Part shown: piece after piece, positions 11,454-24,800 of the stretch | How positions within the stretch are numbered: the first letter of the stretch is position 1 | How the letters are laid out: the number at the start of each line of letters is the position of its first letter | From: the human T2T-CHM13v2.0 reference genome, Homo sapiens | Direction: 5' to 3' (one strand) | Length of the DNA: 64,000 nucleotides | Assembly: GCF_009914755.1 (NCBI RefSeq) | Contig: NC_060931.1 | Position numbers and translations under genes: made by a program | The notes under the pieces: model-generated | What the model saw: only the letters and a program-made list of their open reading frames with translations | The model's database searches: none | What the model was told of the DNA's origin: nothing

Positions 11454-13497
11454 GTAACTACACTTTGACGAAAGATGGAATTGAATTTTATAAGCTCCTT
11501 GAAAATTATGACACATTGAGTTACTTGCTCTCGTGAATAGCCAGGCTCTCACATTACTGGGTTGAATGGATTCTTGTCTTGTCTGTTTGATAAGTAACTC
11601 CTTCACCTTGAAACCCTCCATGGTATCCCACGAACCACATTTTAGCAGAGAGTTCTTCATGTGGGAGGTGGGGAACTATTTGGCATTAAGGACTAAATTA
11701 AATTCTTCTGTACATTTCTGTTCCCTAGACCATGCATCATGGGCTTCTGCTCATATTCCCAGTGTTCTACTCAGACAGACACTTGCTGCTGAATGTTTAG
11801 TCAAGGATAAAGATAGAAATGCAAAAGTCTCACAATATATGTAGGATTTTTGTTGGTGTGCATTAGTTTTATAGCTCCAGGCAACATAACAACCGAGATA
11901 ATACACAATTGCTCAAAGGAAGACATTTTTGAAAAATAGTCTTTGTCTCTACCCCTGAATAGTCCTGTCTAGTGCTATGATTCCTGATTAGGAGGCTCTC
12001 TCTCATCCTTTCCACATGGCCATGTTTGATTTTTCTCTAAGTGGGAGAATCTCAGTTGTGTTCCCATTGGAAGTCTGGAGTCTGGGTGTATTTATAAGAC
12101 TCAGGGTTTCTGGCAGGAGTAAAAGAATGCATACAGTCTTGTTTTCTTCTTTTGAATCATTCCCTTTGGAGGTGCTGTTTAGAAATGGCTCATTATTAAT
12201 TTCTGCAGTGAAACGTGAGCTCCTGGTCTGTGGCATTCATTAGGGCCGCTTGCCCTTCACTCACAAAGAACCCTAGTTTGGCAATGATTTGAACTCTTCT
12301 TTTTCCTTTTCATTTTAAATGTACATATCTCTAAATGTACAAGTGTCTGCTTCCACATTTTCACAACTTCTGAATGGAGGTCATAGAGGATACATGACTG
12401 GCATGTCTCTGTGACCCCAATTTATTCCTCATGGTCTGTTCTATAGTCATACTTTACTGATGAAAAAGAAAGCAATGCTGTTACTTGATAGCTTGCTGAA
12501 TTTAGGAATCTCAGATATATGGATGAACTAAGGTCCTAAGGAAAAGTTGCATAAACTGGAGTCATAAAAAGGGTATACTGCTGAGACTGCGTTTGAAAAT
12601 GTGTGGCTTAGAATAAGGGGGCTGATTTTGCCATGGTAGTAAAATTGCAGTAGGTCAGCTCCTGCAGCCTTGATTGCTGCTTAGAACTTCGGAATCTAGA
12701 TGTTATGAAAATGCAGGAGCTATCCATCACATGTGCATTTAAAAGACATACACGTTAAAAGGAAAAAAGGTTCAGATCATTACTGAATATCTACTTGTAC
12801 AAAATGCAACACTCTCTTATTTATTTATATTTTAAATTGGGCTTTCTGTAACATTGGCAAGCAGGAAATTGAAAGCCATGAAAATTCCATAATTTAATAT
12901 AAAACTTTTTTAATTGCCAAGAATAGGAACAATTTTTTATCGAAACAAGACAGAAATATTACATTATATAATACCATAACTCATACAGTAAAACAATTTC
13001 AACTTAAGAAATTAGTTTTGCATAAGCCTGGCTACTAGTATCAGCTACCAGGGGACTGATGGGTTTCATTATTTTTACCACAGTGGGATATCTGTACATG
13101 AGGTCCTGAGAGAGTAGGTAAAATAGTGGAAATCTCAACAAATTTCTCTGAGAGATTTGAGGACTGCAAAATTCAATGCTGACCTCAATGGAATGCTCAG
13201 AGAGATTAGCAACAACATTATGGGGAACAGACACAATTCCTTCCACACCAAAGTCTAATGATGGAAAAAATCAGAAACCTTTCCTGCTAAAAAATACATA
13301 ATGAAGTAAGTAAATAAACCAGTGAAATGTTCTCTTGGAAAATGCTTGCTTTTTAAAATATATTGTGTCCTTAGGAGAGGGGAATTACTCAGCAAAGAAA
13401 CTGGGTTCTTGACTGGACTCTGCCTGTTTTTTTCACTGTTTCTCTTACAGAAGGCTTTTAATTTGTTGCTGTTTTTTAAATAATACTATCTAATGGT

Positions 13498-13511
13498 GTT
13501 ACTATGGTAAC
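13498..13511. promoter_or_regulatory. RFX X-box-like palindrome
   Basis: GTTACTATGGTAAC versus consensus GTTRCCATGGYAAC. Confidence 0.4.
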
Positions 13512-13944
13512 CATGTCTTGGAAACCAATTATCAGTGCTGCCCAAATAGTACTCAGAAATTGGAGTGTAGAACAGTAATACAAATAGAGAGAAACTGCCC
13601 CATCCTCACCTAGGGAACCTCCAAACAGCTAGATGAAGAATGGAGACATGGAAAAGTTGGAAAGATGGAGGACATAACCTTGGGTGGAGACAAGAGCCAA
13701 AGGGATTGAAAAAACAAGGTGTCCACTGAAGGTTCTTTGCCTCAAAGTAATAATGGAATTTTTCAAGTTAAATTGGAAGGAATTGGAAAATCTATGCTTG
13801 CTGTGGTGGCATGGGCAATTTAGAAAGCAATTCTAGTAGATCACCTATAGAATGGACTAGATTGGAAGTAGGGGTTGGTGGATGAGAGAGAATGACAAAA
13901 CCACAGTATGCACAGACTCAATTTTAAGGCCACATTCTAATGAT

Positions 13945-14137
13945 GTGTGTGTATGTGTATGTGTGTATGTGTATGTGTGTGTGTGTATGTGTGCACATGC
14001 ACATGCATTTGTGTGTAGAGTGGTGCTTCTTTAGTTGAGTATAAACTGGGTTTCGCAGTCTGGTTTTGTTTGACAGTGGGTTAGTGTACCCTTTCCTCCC
14101 AAGCATATATTTGTGTGTGTGTGTGGGGGGGGGGGGT
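13945..14137. repeat. (TG)n/(TATG)n tracts and a poly-G run
   Basis: Visible simple repeats at 13945-14015 and 14112-14137. Confidence 0.85.
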
Positions 14138-14259
14138 TCAGGAGTGATTTAATTAAAAATTTAAGCATATTTAATTTTTTAGTGCAGAGACTCTTGACAG
14201 CAGGCTGTAAGGCACATGGTTGTTATTTCTTAAGTAGAGTTCTATAGTAGAATGGATGA

Positions 14260-14620
14260 TCTGTTTATTCTACCTCCAATGTAGCTATTGAATCCATTTT
14301 CTTCTGTTTCCACTGGCACTGCTATTTAGTTTTGGTCCTTATCGCCTTTCTCCTTGTGGCAATTGTTTTCAACATTTTCTCTCTAGAATCCATCCTTCTA
14401 TCACTTGTTGGCAAAGTGATCATTCTATAATGCTGGAGTGATCATTTCAGTGACTTAACAATCTTTTAATGGCTTTTGACCACTTTTAGGAACTAATCCT
14501 CACTTTGCCCTTCATGATAAGTCCCTGCCTACTTCTGGTCTTATAATGAACCTTCGCCATTAATAAATCTCCTTCTAGTTCCCAAATCCACCTGATTTCA
14601 TGCCTTTCCTTCTCAGTAGT
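14260..14620 (+). mobile_element. L2 fragment
   Basis: C/T-rich L2-like text such as CTAGAATCCATCCTTC...GCAAAGTGATCATTCTATAATG. Confidence 0.5.
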
Positions 14621-15373
14621 CCTAGAATCCTGCCTGTTCATCTTCTCCCCACCTCCACTGTCTCTCCAACTAGCAAGCAAGAGGAGAACAGTTAAGAAAG
14701 GAAAACACTTAGCTGGCTGGCTTATAACTCTGAGTATTTGACATTTATTGAAATGGCAACCTTCAGAAATTCTTTTCTGACTCAATTTCCAGCTCATTTT
14801 ATACAAAAAAGCATTTTGCTCTTTCTCAATTTTGTTAGGAAAATCAGTTGCCTTTTTCAAGAAATAACAATATTATTTGCATAAAGCAATGTAAAATGTT
14901 AGTATTTCTTTTTGAGAAAAATAAATGTATGAGTTTGCAGTATTTAAAAATAATCTGATCAAACCAGGAAACTCAGGTTGAGGTATGGCAGAAGCACTGC
15001 CCTTCTGTGGTTCTAGCAGAGGCATCCACAGTGAGTTAGTTGCAGGGAATATACCTGTGGGGGAATGACCAAGTTATCCCAGGGTTATTGGAGAAAATTC
15101 ACACCATAAGAGCAGGTACTCTGGATAATATCTGGGTATCCCTTCTGTATGAAATTAGAAGGAATTTATAATGTTTTAATATAAAACTAAATGGAATCAC
15201 TGACCATTTTATTGGTGGGAGGTCAATGCTGTTGTTTCAAAAAGTAGAAAGCAGAGAGTTAGTCTGTAGAAACTAGACATTGAAAGTGGGGAGCACCTGT
15301 CTTAAGGTAGCTCTCAACCTAAGAAAAACTTTGGGTAAGTCCCCTTACTTTCAAAATATTCTTCAGTCTAAAG

Positions 15374-15556
15374 CAGAGGTTCTCAAAATTGAGGATGCAT
15401 CAGAATCACCTGGAGGACTTGGTGTAACACATTGCTGGGCTCATCCCCAGAGTTTCTGAATTAGCAGGATGGGATGGGGCCTGAAAATGTGTACTTTAAC
15501 AAGTTCTTAGGTGGTGCTGATGCTGGCAGTCTGGGGCAAGACTTTAAGAACCACTG
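15374..15556 (+). mobile_element. MER5A (hAT MITE)
   Basis: CAGAGGTTCTCAAA...GCATCAGAATCACCTGGAGG...TTTAAGAACCACTG; 8-bp TSD GTCTAAAG/GGCTAAAG. Confidence 0.9.
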
Positions 15557-16366
15557 GGCTAAAGAATATGTAATGCCTACATCGTATTTTATGAATTAAG
15601 CGGGTAATTATAAACATGACAATGCCCTTTGAGTTGGAAAGTCACTTCTGTAATATGTAGGTAGGAAATGGTTACAAAACAATAGTAAAAAGGGAACTAA
15701 CATTTTTTGTTAGTTACAGGAAAATTACTCAATACCTTTTCTTTAAAAAGAAAAACAATACTCAGAAGGATAAAGGCAAGAGAGAATCCTGTCAAAAATT
15801 TCAAAAAGACTTAGGTTTAAGCAGCACATGTGAGGTGGTTTAAAAATACGAACACATACACATACACCACTTTTTAATCTAATGTATTGCTTCTTCTTAA
15901 TTGGCTGATAAATCACCAATAATACAATTAGACAATATTAGAATTATAGTAGATATTATTGTGTGATTTTCAAAACAGCTGATAATTACAACAATAGTAA
16001 TAGAAAGTAAAGATTTTTTTTCTGGTTGGGGGAAATAAAAAAAAAACTATCATGGGAATTAAATTATCAAACAAATTCTTTTTGTGCCTCCCAGTTGTTC
16101 ATCATGCCATAACAGTTGAACAGAATCAAGCCCATTTTCTTTTGAAGTTCACTTTTTGATTAATGAGGCAAGTGATAATAGAATAAATTGACATTAGTAT
16201 TTTTTAAAGCAATTGTCAGTGAATATCCTGAGATGTGTACACATTCAACTCAATCTTGTGCTATTCTGACACTTCCATTTGCAATATTGTAAAATTATCT
16301 TAAATTTCCATGCTATGATCCTTTGTCCCCATATCATGGGGACATCCATCATCCATTCCCACATGG

Positions 16367-16880
16367 TATATTAGTCACCATTCTCCAGAACCTTCACACA
16401 CACACACATACACACACACACCACATATAAAGACATTTATTATAGGGTATTGCCTCTTGTGAATTATGGAGGTCAAGTAGTTCCAGATCTGCTGTCTACA
16501 AACTGGAGACCCAAGAAAGCCTGTGATGTAATTCAAAGACCTGAGAGCCAGAGAACCAATGGTGTAGATATTATCCCCAGTCTCAAGGTTTGAGAACCAA
16601 GAGTGTTGAAGGCAGGAGAAGATTGATGTCCCAGCTCAAAAGCTAGGCAGAGAGAGCAAATCCAACATTTCTCCTCTTTTTTGTTCTACTCAACACCTGG
16701 ATGGATGGGATGAAGCCCTCCCACGTTAGGGAGGGTCATCTGCTTTACTTAGTCCACCTATCCAAATGCGAATCTTTCTGAAACACCTTCACAGATACAT
16801 CCAGAGATAATATTTAATCAGATATCTGGCATCCTGTGGCCCAGTCAAGTTGACACATATGTGTAAAATTAACCATCACA
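16367..16880 (-). mobile_element. MLT2 (B/C-type) solo LTR, ERVL
   Basis: Ends TTAACCATCACA (reverse complement TGTGATGGTTAA), starts TATATTAGTC; 5-bp TSD CATGG/CACGG. Confidence 0.88.
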
Positions 16881-18014
16881 CACGGACATTTAAGTATTAC
16901 TTACAAAAACACGAACATGTACAGATACATGTTGCAAATATTTTCACCTATAGAAATGAGATGCTAAGGCTTTCCTAGATAATTGTCAATTATCTAGAAT
17001 ATGGAATTAATCAGAGTACCCCACTCCCTGTGATTTTGCTGTCTGAAAGGTGCATCACATAAGAAGATAAAATTGTTAGTCCCTAATGTCTTTGGGTCTT
17101 TTTAAAAATTTGATAATAGATTATGTTGAGGGACCCAAAGCAGCTATGTCCACAGGGCAAAGTGACATGTGGATCAAAGCCATTCTAACCAACTGAGATA
17201 ATTATATACATCATAAATTCTGAAAAGAGGCATCATCCTTATAGGAAGTGAGTTAAAAATCAAAAGTCACTTCATTATTCCCTTTAGAAACATTTAGAAT
17301 TTCTATATAATATGGTCATGTAAAAATCAAACCAACAGTACCTCAAAAAAAGAACAGCAATAAAAAGAACATATTCAGGAGTATTGAAATCCTTTTTATC
17401 ATACTTATATAATGTATAAGACTTATATGATTAATCATTATCACCATAGCTAGTGTGTGATTTAGATCATTTAGGATATTAGAAATAATTCTCGTGAGGA
17501 GATTTCACTTCAGCTCCTTGCAAACACACACGTACAACATATAGATGCTGAATGAAAGTATTCATTTCAGATGAGAGCATATTAGCTTGTTAGCCTGGAA
17601 ATTCTGTCGAAACTCCTGACTAATCAACAATATGTATTTGAACAATTTGCTGTTGTGAATTCAGCCTTTTGGAACCTTCTACCTCTCTTCAATTATAGTG
17701 TCAGAGTGTTCTGTTGCTTAATTCCCACAATAATTAAATAATTTATAAATAATGCATACCTCATCTCCTCCCAAGAAAGAATTTAAGGAGGAGGCTGCAT
17801 TTAACTAGGAAACTACCATAAATATATAATGAGGTGGATTTCAGTACTCTCTCCTCGGTGACTGGAAGGTCACTCCTCCTTGCCAGGGAAACAGAGAAAC
17901 ACACTCTCTGCCAGCCTGTGGACAAAGTGAACAGGACAGGACAACACTGCCTCCTTCTGCTGGGATTGGCTCATGTTGGGGGTGGAAGGCTGATGGGTTA
18001 GTCCTTAGGAACAT

Positions 18015-18245
18015 GAACCAGTTCAAATTTTGCCTCTTCCACACACTAGCTTTGTGATCTAGGAAAAGGCACCTGGTCTCTCTGTATTCATTTTCAGTTA
18101 TTTTATTTCAGAAATAATTACTAAATTAATTATTTTAGTAATAATTATAGTTATCTCATGCAGTTGTTGAGAGGATTAAATGAGTTTTAAAAAATAGAAT
18201 GTGAGAAAAATGCCTGGTGGTTAGTAAGTACTACTTGAGTGCCAA
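18015..18245 (+). mobile_element. MIR
   Basis: GTTCAAATTTTGCCTCTTCC...GTTGTTGAGAGGATTAAATGAG. Confidence 0.7.
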
Positions 18246-18339
18246 CTAGTTAGACATAGCTTTCTATTCAATTAAGACGACAGTTCTTCAAAGATGCCAC
18301 ACTTAAACCAGTCCCAGTGCTGTGGTATCATAGGCACCT

Positions 18340-18528
18340 GCACTTTTCTTTATGACACATCTTCATTTGCAATTGATATTTAAGGCTCTGAATCTGTTTC
18401 TCCCATGAGGCTGTAAGCTCCAGGAAGGCTGGAATCTTGTCTGTCTGGCTTAACACTCTTATCTCTGGTATATACACAGTGCCCAACATGAAGCAGTTAT
18501 TCAATAACTAGCTGTTGAATGAATGAAT
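18340..18528 (+). mobile_element. L2 3' end
   Basis: CTGTAAGCTCCAGGAAGGC...TGTTGAATGAATGAAT. Confidence 0.75.
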
Positions 18529-18766
18529 CCAGAAAGACATGCCTATAAACATGCTAATCGAGATGGGATTTCTAGTAATTATTTTGTTAGTTTTGCAAAT
18601 TTTTATTATCTAAGTTTTGGTACTTACTGTGTTTTCTTTGTGCAATAATGAAAGTAAAGTCCTGTTATATCACCTCTATGTACTATTGTAAATCACTTCA
18701 GTAAGGCAGCAATAGAGCTGTCAGATGAAATTCATATTTTATTTTTTGTGGACCTCTGGAATAGGT

Positions 18767-18975
18767 TAGTAGTTTTCAATTGGGGGTAATTTTGTGATAC
18801 GTCCTCCCTCCCCACTAGACGTTTGTCAATGTTTGGAGATATTTTTGATTGTCACAATTGCAGAAGTGCTACTGACATCTAGTGTACAGAGGGCAGGGAT
18901 GCACAGGACAGTCCCTTACCACAGTGAAAACCATCAAGTCTGAAATGTTAATAGTGCAAAGGTTAAGAAACCCTG
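18767..18975 (+). mobile_element. MER20
   Basis: GGAGATATTTTTGATTGTCACAATT...CTACTGACATCTAGTG...AAGAAACCCTG. Confidence 0.85.
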
Positions 18976-19499
18976 GCACAGATGGATAGAGCCTAGTAAA
19001 AAAAAAAAAAAAAGTTTGTATAACTTCCAAAATTGGTTGAGATGTTAAATAATATGACATCAGAATTTTAAAAGTTAATGAATAACTAAAAGTTAATAAT
19101 TAAAAGAATTTATTGTGAATTTTTTGGTGGTTTGTATTTGCTTCATGGTGTAATTTGCTGATAGTTTTAGTATTTAATGTAGCATATTCACCAATATTAT
19201 CTATGTCAGTAGAGAACTTTATAGTCTGCTACGTGTTTTTCTCTTTACAACCAGTGAAAGCGGTTTTAAAAGAAAAGCACCAATTGACTGTTTACATACT
19301 GCTGAATAACCACTTTGGCAGATTTATTTTTTTAAAGAACAGTTCATGAATAAATTTAGCCAAAGCTGTTAGGCAGAGAGTACAAATAACCATATTGCCT
19401 ATAGAATGTTGCTTGTAGCTCTGGACTAATAAAGCACAAATAAGATAGGGATATCTAATGTTTATGTAGCTTGGTCTATTTGAGTTTAACACCTGGGAT

Positions 19500-19890
19500 G
19501 GTGTTAGCCAGGATAGGTTAGGTTCTGCTGCAGTAACAACAACTCAGTGGCTTTAACGTAGCGAAAGTTTATTTCTTCTTCAGAGTAACTCTCCCATACA
19601 ACTGCCTCTGTGTGACAACTCAGCAATCCAGCTGGGGAAGGTGGCATTATCCTGGAACTGCACTTTTTGGAACAGATAGCCTTATTAGTCAGTGTGGTGG
19701 GGAAAAGAGAACATGGTAAATTGCATGTTAACTCTAATGCTTTCACATGGAATTGACACAGGTGACTTCCAGTAACATTCTATTCACCTCACAAATAACA
19801 CACCATGGCCAGATTCAGGGACCCAGGGAAGTTTAATCTACCCAGGTTGCATAGGAGAAACAAATATTTCTGAGCCTGAGTAATAGCTAT
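19500..19890 (-). mobile_element. MLT1 (K/L-like) MaLR LTR
   Basis: GTTAGCCAGGATAGGTTAGGTTCTGCTGCAGTAACAAC...CTCAGTGGCTT...AAGTTTATTTCTT. Confidence 0.65.
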
Positions 19891-20719
19891 CATAGCTAGC
19901 TTTAGTATTTGTTTACCTTTATATATGGTTGTTCAGTACGGTTATTAAGGAAGTATATTTGCTGAATGCACAGATACTATTTCTCATGCCAAATTAACCT
20001 AATTTCATTATGCTTATTTGGGTTCTCTATATCTCACTTAATGAATTTGTAAGGTGCTTCTAAATATTTAGGCTTCTAAATGAAAGTCTTTGCCAGATGC
20101 TATGGTCCCTGATTTCTCAAATAGGCTAACATATTCCACAGTACTGAATGCTAAAGGAAAAGATGGTGGTCTTTTCATTTTACATAATGGTAAGTAATCA
20201 AACATTATTTTTGTGGTAAATCAAAAATTGAGATACCTCAGAATGAAAATAAAGATGAATTTTTAAGATTAAAAAAAGAGACCTCCATGAAATTTTGTGC
20301 TGTGGCAGGCTGCTTTTTGCTATGCTCCAGGGGAAAGTATTTACTTTCCTCTGCTACCAAGACTACTTTACTGGACAGAAGCACTGCTTGTGTATCTAAG
20401 TTTTTATTCATCTTTGATATGGTTATTTTCTTGTCTTCATTTTGTTTTTTAATATAGCTCTTCTTCTGGGACCCATTATTATATACATCATAAAAACGGG
20501 GGATTTTTGCAAACAAGAATTCACAATTCTATTCTGTATCCTACTAACAGCTTGATAAGAGAAACTAAATAATACAATTGATCATTGCGTTCATTATTCT
20601 AGACCACTACATGGAATTGCGAGAAGATGGAGAACTATACCCACTCTTTCCTATTTTACCATGTGATTTGTCCACTTCTGGTTTATATTACCTATAGCTA
20701 TCTGAGTCTGTATTTACAC

Positions 20720-21072
20720 ATTTATTCATTTTTCATCCATCAAACAACTTTTGAGCATCCACCCTATGGCATTATGCTAGGTACTGGGGATTAGGACAAA
20801 ATGAATAAGACAGTGTCTCCCCTCAAAGACCTCACTTCTAGTAGGTGACGGCTACAGGGGTTATGAAATGTCTCATTCATTTCACTTATATTTATTGAGC
20901 ACTGATATGTGACAGACACTGAGGAATACTATAGTGAATGAGAGGCAGTAGAGTGTAGTGTTTGAGAGAAGTGTCTCAGCAGTCAGACTGGAATCAAATT
21001 GCATTGTAAGGCCTCATGGAGGCTCTTCAGCTACCTTGTGCCTCAGTTTCCTTATGTGTAAAACTTGAATAT
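20720..21072. mobile_element. Two L2 3' fragments (-) followed by a MIR (+)
   Basis: ATTTATTGAGCACTGATATGTG and GTGCCTCAGTTTCCTTATGTGTAAAA. Confidence 0.6.
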
Positions 21073-22307
21073 TGTAGTTGCAATATTGTGATATAAGAAA
21101 TTTAAATTTGGTCTTTGTCCCCATTTCCTGGCACAGAGTTCATTAAACCCTTGTAATTTCCTAAGAGATAGGAGTGTTAAGAGCATCTTTTGTTCTAATA
21201 TTTGGTCTTTGACCCCAGTTCCTGATTCAGAATTCCTAAATCCTGTGGAATTTTCTGGGTGATAGAAGTGTCTTTTGTTCTAGTGAGGTGACTCTTGGTG
21301 GGTTCCTAGATAGCTTCAGGGTTGGGGTTGGTCACCAGAAAGACCAAGCTATGATTAGAAGCTGGGAACTTTCAGCCCCACTTTCACATTCTCCAGAAAG
21401 GAGATGGGGGCTGGAGATTGAGTTAATGATAGATTGTGCCTATGTGTTCAAGCCTCCATAACAAACCCTTAAAGACAAGGTTTGGAGAGCCTCTGGGTTA
21501 ATTAACACATTCATGTGCTGGGAGGTGGATGCACCCCAACTCCATGGGGACAGAAACCCCTGCAGTAGTAATTCATCCTATGTAACTATTCATGTGGCTG
21601 GTTGTACCCTTTATCATATCCTTTATTATATAATAAATGTTGCAGGGCTTTTCCTTAGTTCAGCTAAAGATGGGGGTCGTTATCACACAGCCACGAAAAT
21701 TTAGGCTCACAGATGATTCGAAGAGTGAGAAAAATGGGATTTATTGGGCAAAAAGGGGAAACAGACTCTTAGCGAAGTGAGAGTGTGCTTCCTGCCTGTG
21801 GGCTTCCCGCCTCGCAGGTTGAATCCCAGATTCCACACAGGAAGAGGAGGGGCCGGGCTCCTCCCCTATGAAAAGGGCACTAACTTCCGTGGTTCCAGCC
21901 TAGTGTGCAGGCCAGCTGCAGTTTTTCCAGGAAGCCCTTCCCACCTGTCTGTCTCACAAGTAAGCATAAACAAGTGTTTCTCTGAATTCTGTGAGTCCTA
22001 ACAAATGATGAAACCTGAGGAGGGTGGTCATGGTAACCACTGATTTATAGCCAGTTGGTCAGAAGTGCTAGAGGCCTGAACTTGCATTTGGTATCCGAAG
22101 TGGGAGGCAGTCTTGTGGAACTGAGCCTTTAATGTGGGATTTGATGCTAACTCCAAGTAGATAGTGTCAGTACTGAATTGAATTGCAGGACACCCAGCTG
22201 ACGTTTGGGTAGTTAGAGAATTGCTTGGTGTGGAAAAAAACCCCACATATTTGTTGTCAGAAGTATTGTGAGAGTACAGAGGAAAAAAAAATTATTTTTC
22301 TTGTACA
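21073..22307 (+). mobile_element. MER21-family LTR, split by a nested LTR
   Basis: TGTAGTTGCAATATTGTGATATAAG...TTTGGTCTTTGTCCCC...CCTGGCACAGAG; 3' part GATTTATAGCCAGTTGGTCAGAAGT...TTGTACA. Confidence 0.8.
21638..21956 (-). mobile_element. MER61-like ERV1 solo LTR nested in MER21
   Basis: TG...CA ends; reverse strand begins TGAGACAGACAGGTGGGAAGGG and contains GGAGGAGCCCGGCCCCTCCTCTTCCTGTGTGGAA-like block. Confidence 0.7.
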
Positions 22308-23779
22308 GTAGTTTATCAGAAAACCGGTTACAAATATTACTTTAAAAAACAGTGAGAAAAATACAGCTCTATCATTTTCTGGTTTTTATGTAACACTTTT
22401 TTTTTTCTCAAATCATGGAAAAAAGCCATTGCAAATCACATTCTTCAAGGGACTTAACCAGGTAAGACGTTTGATCCAAGGGCAAGACAACCCCAATCAG
22501 AAGTTTCGTTTTGCAGAAGCCGCTTCCATTTTACCAGGCTCTGAAATTCTAAAACATCTCCTGTCTTCCCCTATTACCAGGGCCTTGTGCTTGCTTTAAG
22601 AGTGGGCATTCATCAGGGGTACAGGTAATTGTCAACAACCTAAGGGGCTACCTTGGCACCAGAGCGGCAAGTGCCTGCTACTTAAGAATTTTATATTGCC
22701 TTCATGAAAGAGCTTCACCAGTGTGATTTAACTTTGCAAAGGAATAGATATAGAAAGAACTCAGTGGAGACCCATTCTTTGGTAATATTTGCATTTTATA
22801 GGAAGCGTACATATAAATTTCCCATTCTATAGTAGTATGGCTTTAATCTTAATGAATGCCATTTTGGTGGTACTCTTCAGAGAGTAGAATTAACATTCAC
22901 ATGTGAACTGGAAATGTTAAAGTGTTACTAGTCTCCTGAAGGTTTTGCTTCTGGCTATGCAGTTTCAGAGATTTCATTATAGTTTAGGTATAGCAAAATA
23001 CCACCATTTCTGCATACTAGAATGAAACTCTCCAAGGTTTCTTTATACTTTAGGCTAAGGCTTGATTTTTTTAAAACAGAAAAGAAGGTTTTCCTAGACC
23101 CTGAATATAACCTGATGTCAAAAATCAATTGAAAAACCAGTAAAAATTTGTCATGAGTTCTGTGAGAAAGCTTTTTTTCATAACAGCTTTCTGGTTATTA
23201 CTAACAAATTTCTTAATTAAGTTGCCTAAACTATTAATATAGTTTCATGGAATTTTAGAAATTTTATTTATTTATATAATGTTTACACTTTCCCTGATCC
23301 TACAAAGAATTTGAGGTGAGAAGCCCCATTTTATGCTAGTTTTCCACTACTCTTTTTTTTTTAAGACTAAACATGAGAATTTAGATTCAACAGCCATGCA
23401 AAGTAACCAGAGGTTTGAAAATACTGTTTGATTGCTTACCTCTGCTGCCTGTCTTTTCTTTCAAATGTGAACCCCTTTTTTTCTCATTTATTCTCCAGGC
23501 CTTGTTCATTTTACCTTACATAAAGATTCTTGGTTATTAGATAAAAATGAGGGAAAATATCACAGATTTTGGTTATATAGTAATCAGTACAAAGGGTGTG
23601 AAACTTTTAAGTGTAGCTTCACTTACACATGCATACATGTGCACAAACAAAAACATCCACATCAGACTTTAACATTAAAATTCATTTCATATAATCTGGG
23701 TTTTCATTTCGCTTATTTTTCTACTTACATCCAAATTATAACATTCCAAATCCAAAGGCAATGTTCTGTTATAACAAAG

Positions 23780-24665
23780 ACAGCCAAAACAAAGAATATT
23801 TATGTAGGGCATTATTTGACCACGCTTTTATCATGGTCAAAAACCTTAGGAGGTTTTTAAGTCCTTCCAAGGACTGTGCACGGTAGATACTGTCATTGTC
23901 ATGCCAATGATGAGGTTGTTCCCGGACCAAACTGAGGGTCGGGCTGCTATTTCTTGTGGCCCAATAACGATATGCAGATGAACTGGGGAGGAAGAGAGTT
24001 TTTATTTCTGTAACTTGTTACAGGGAGAAGGCCTGGAAGTTATACCAGATCAACTCAAAATTACAGTTTTTCAGAGCTTATATACCTTCTAAGCTATACG
24101 TCTACGTGTAGTTGTGCGTTCATCTAAAGACGTAAGTGATTAACTTCTTTTAATCTAAAACTAAGGTCTGATTTCTGAAGACCTTCCTCTGGAGGCTCAG
24201 TAAATTTATTTAATCTAAATGGGTTGAGGTGCTGGGGTGATTACCCTTATCTTGTCTCTTGCTAAATCACGGAGGTTTGAGGAGTTCCTTCAGACCCCCA
24301 ATAAACCTGTTTGTGGAAGCCTGGGGAGTTTCTTCAGACTCACAGTAAAACTTGTTTCATCCTAAATGGGTCCTGTTAAGAATTCTTTTGTTATTTTGTC
24401 ATGATATAAGGCCCGGGAAAGGCCTAGGCAAAACTCTTGACAGGCTTTTGTTATATCTCAGCCTTTGTATAAGGTCACTGGCTTTTAATATTTAACTTAA
24501 GCACTCAGTCAGTACTGAAACAGTTGTTAGTGAGACCTGGCCTGCCACAAGGTAACTGAAGGTCTGAGATGTTAAGGGACTCGGCCAATGACATACAGCT
24601 TTTAAGTAGTAAAGCTGGGATTTGATTTGGTCATATCTAGCTCTGAAGGTGCCACTCCACAGTGC
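23780..24665 (-). mobile_element. MIR split by the PABL-like LTR
   Basis: GATGAGGT|AACTGAAGGTCTGAGATGTTAAGGGACTCGGCCAA rejoins across the LTR. Confidence 0.6.
23917..24549 (-). mobile_element. PABL_A-like ERV1 solo LTR
   Basis: Reverse strand starts TGTGGCAGGCCAGGTCTCACTAAC; TG..CA ends; 4-bp TSD AGGT at 23913 and 24550; 633 bp. Confidence 0.8.
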
Positions 24666-24694
24666 TATCCTGAACTAGCTGCCTCATGTCACCT

Positions 24695-24800
24695 AAAATG
24701 CAGAATCCCAAGCCCCAGTACTATGGGATCCAAATTGAATCTGCATTTTAAGGAGCTCCCCAGGTGACTTATATGCACATTAAAGTTTAAGACTGCAAGT
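24695..24800. mobile_element. MER5-family fragment
   Basis: GAATCTGCATTTTAAGGAGCTCCCCAGGTGACTTATATGCACATTAAAGTTT; similar remnants at about 26380-26455 and 53960-54085. Confidence 0.65.

Noticed and set aside
22309-22461. Candidate exon from the MER21 end to CAG|GTAAGA
   Set aside because: Poly-T/A-rich with no coding signal; splice-like motifs are frequent by chance.
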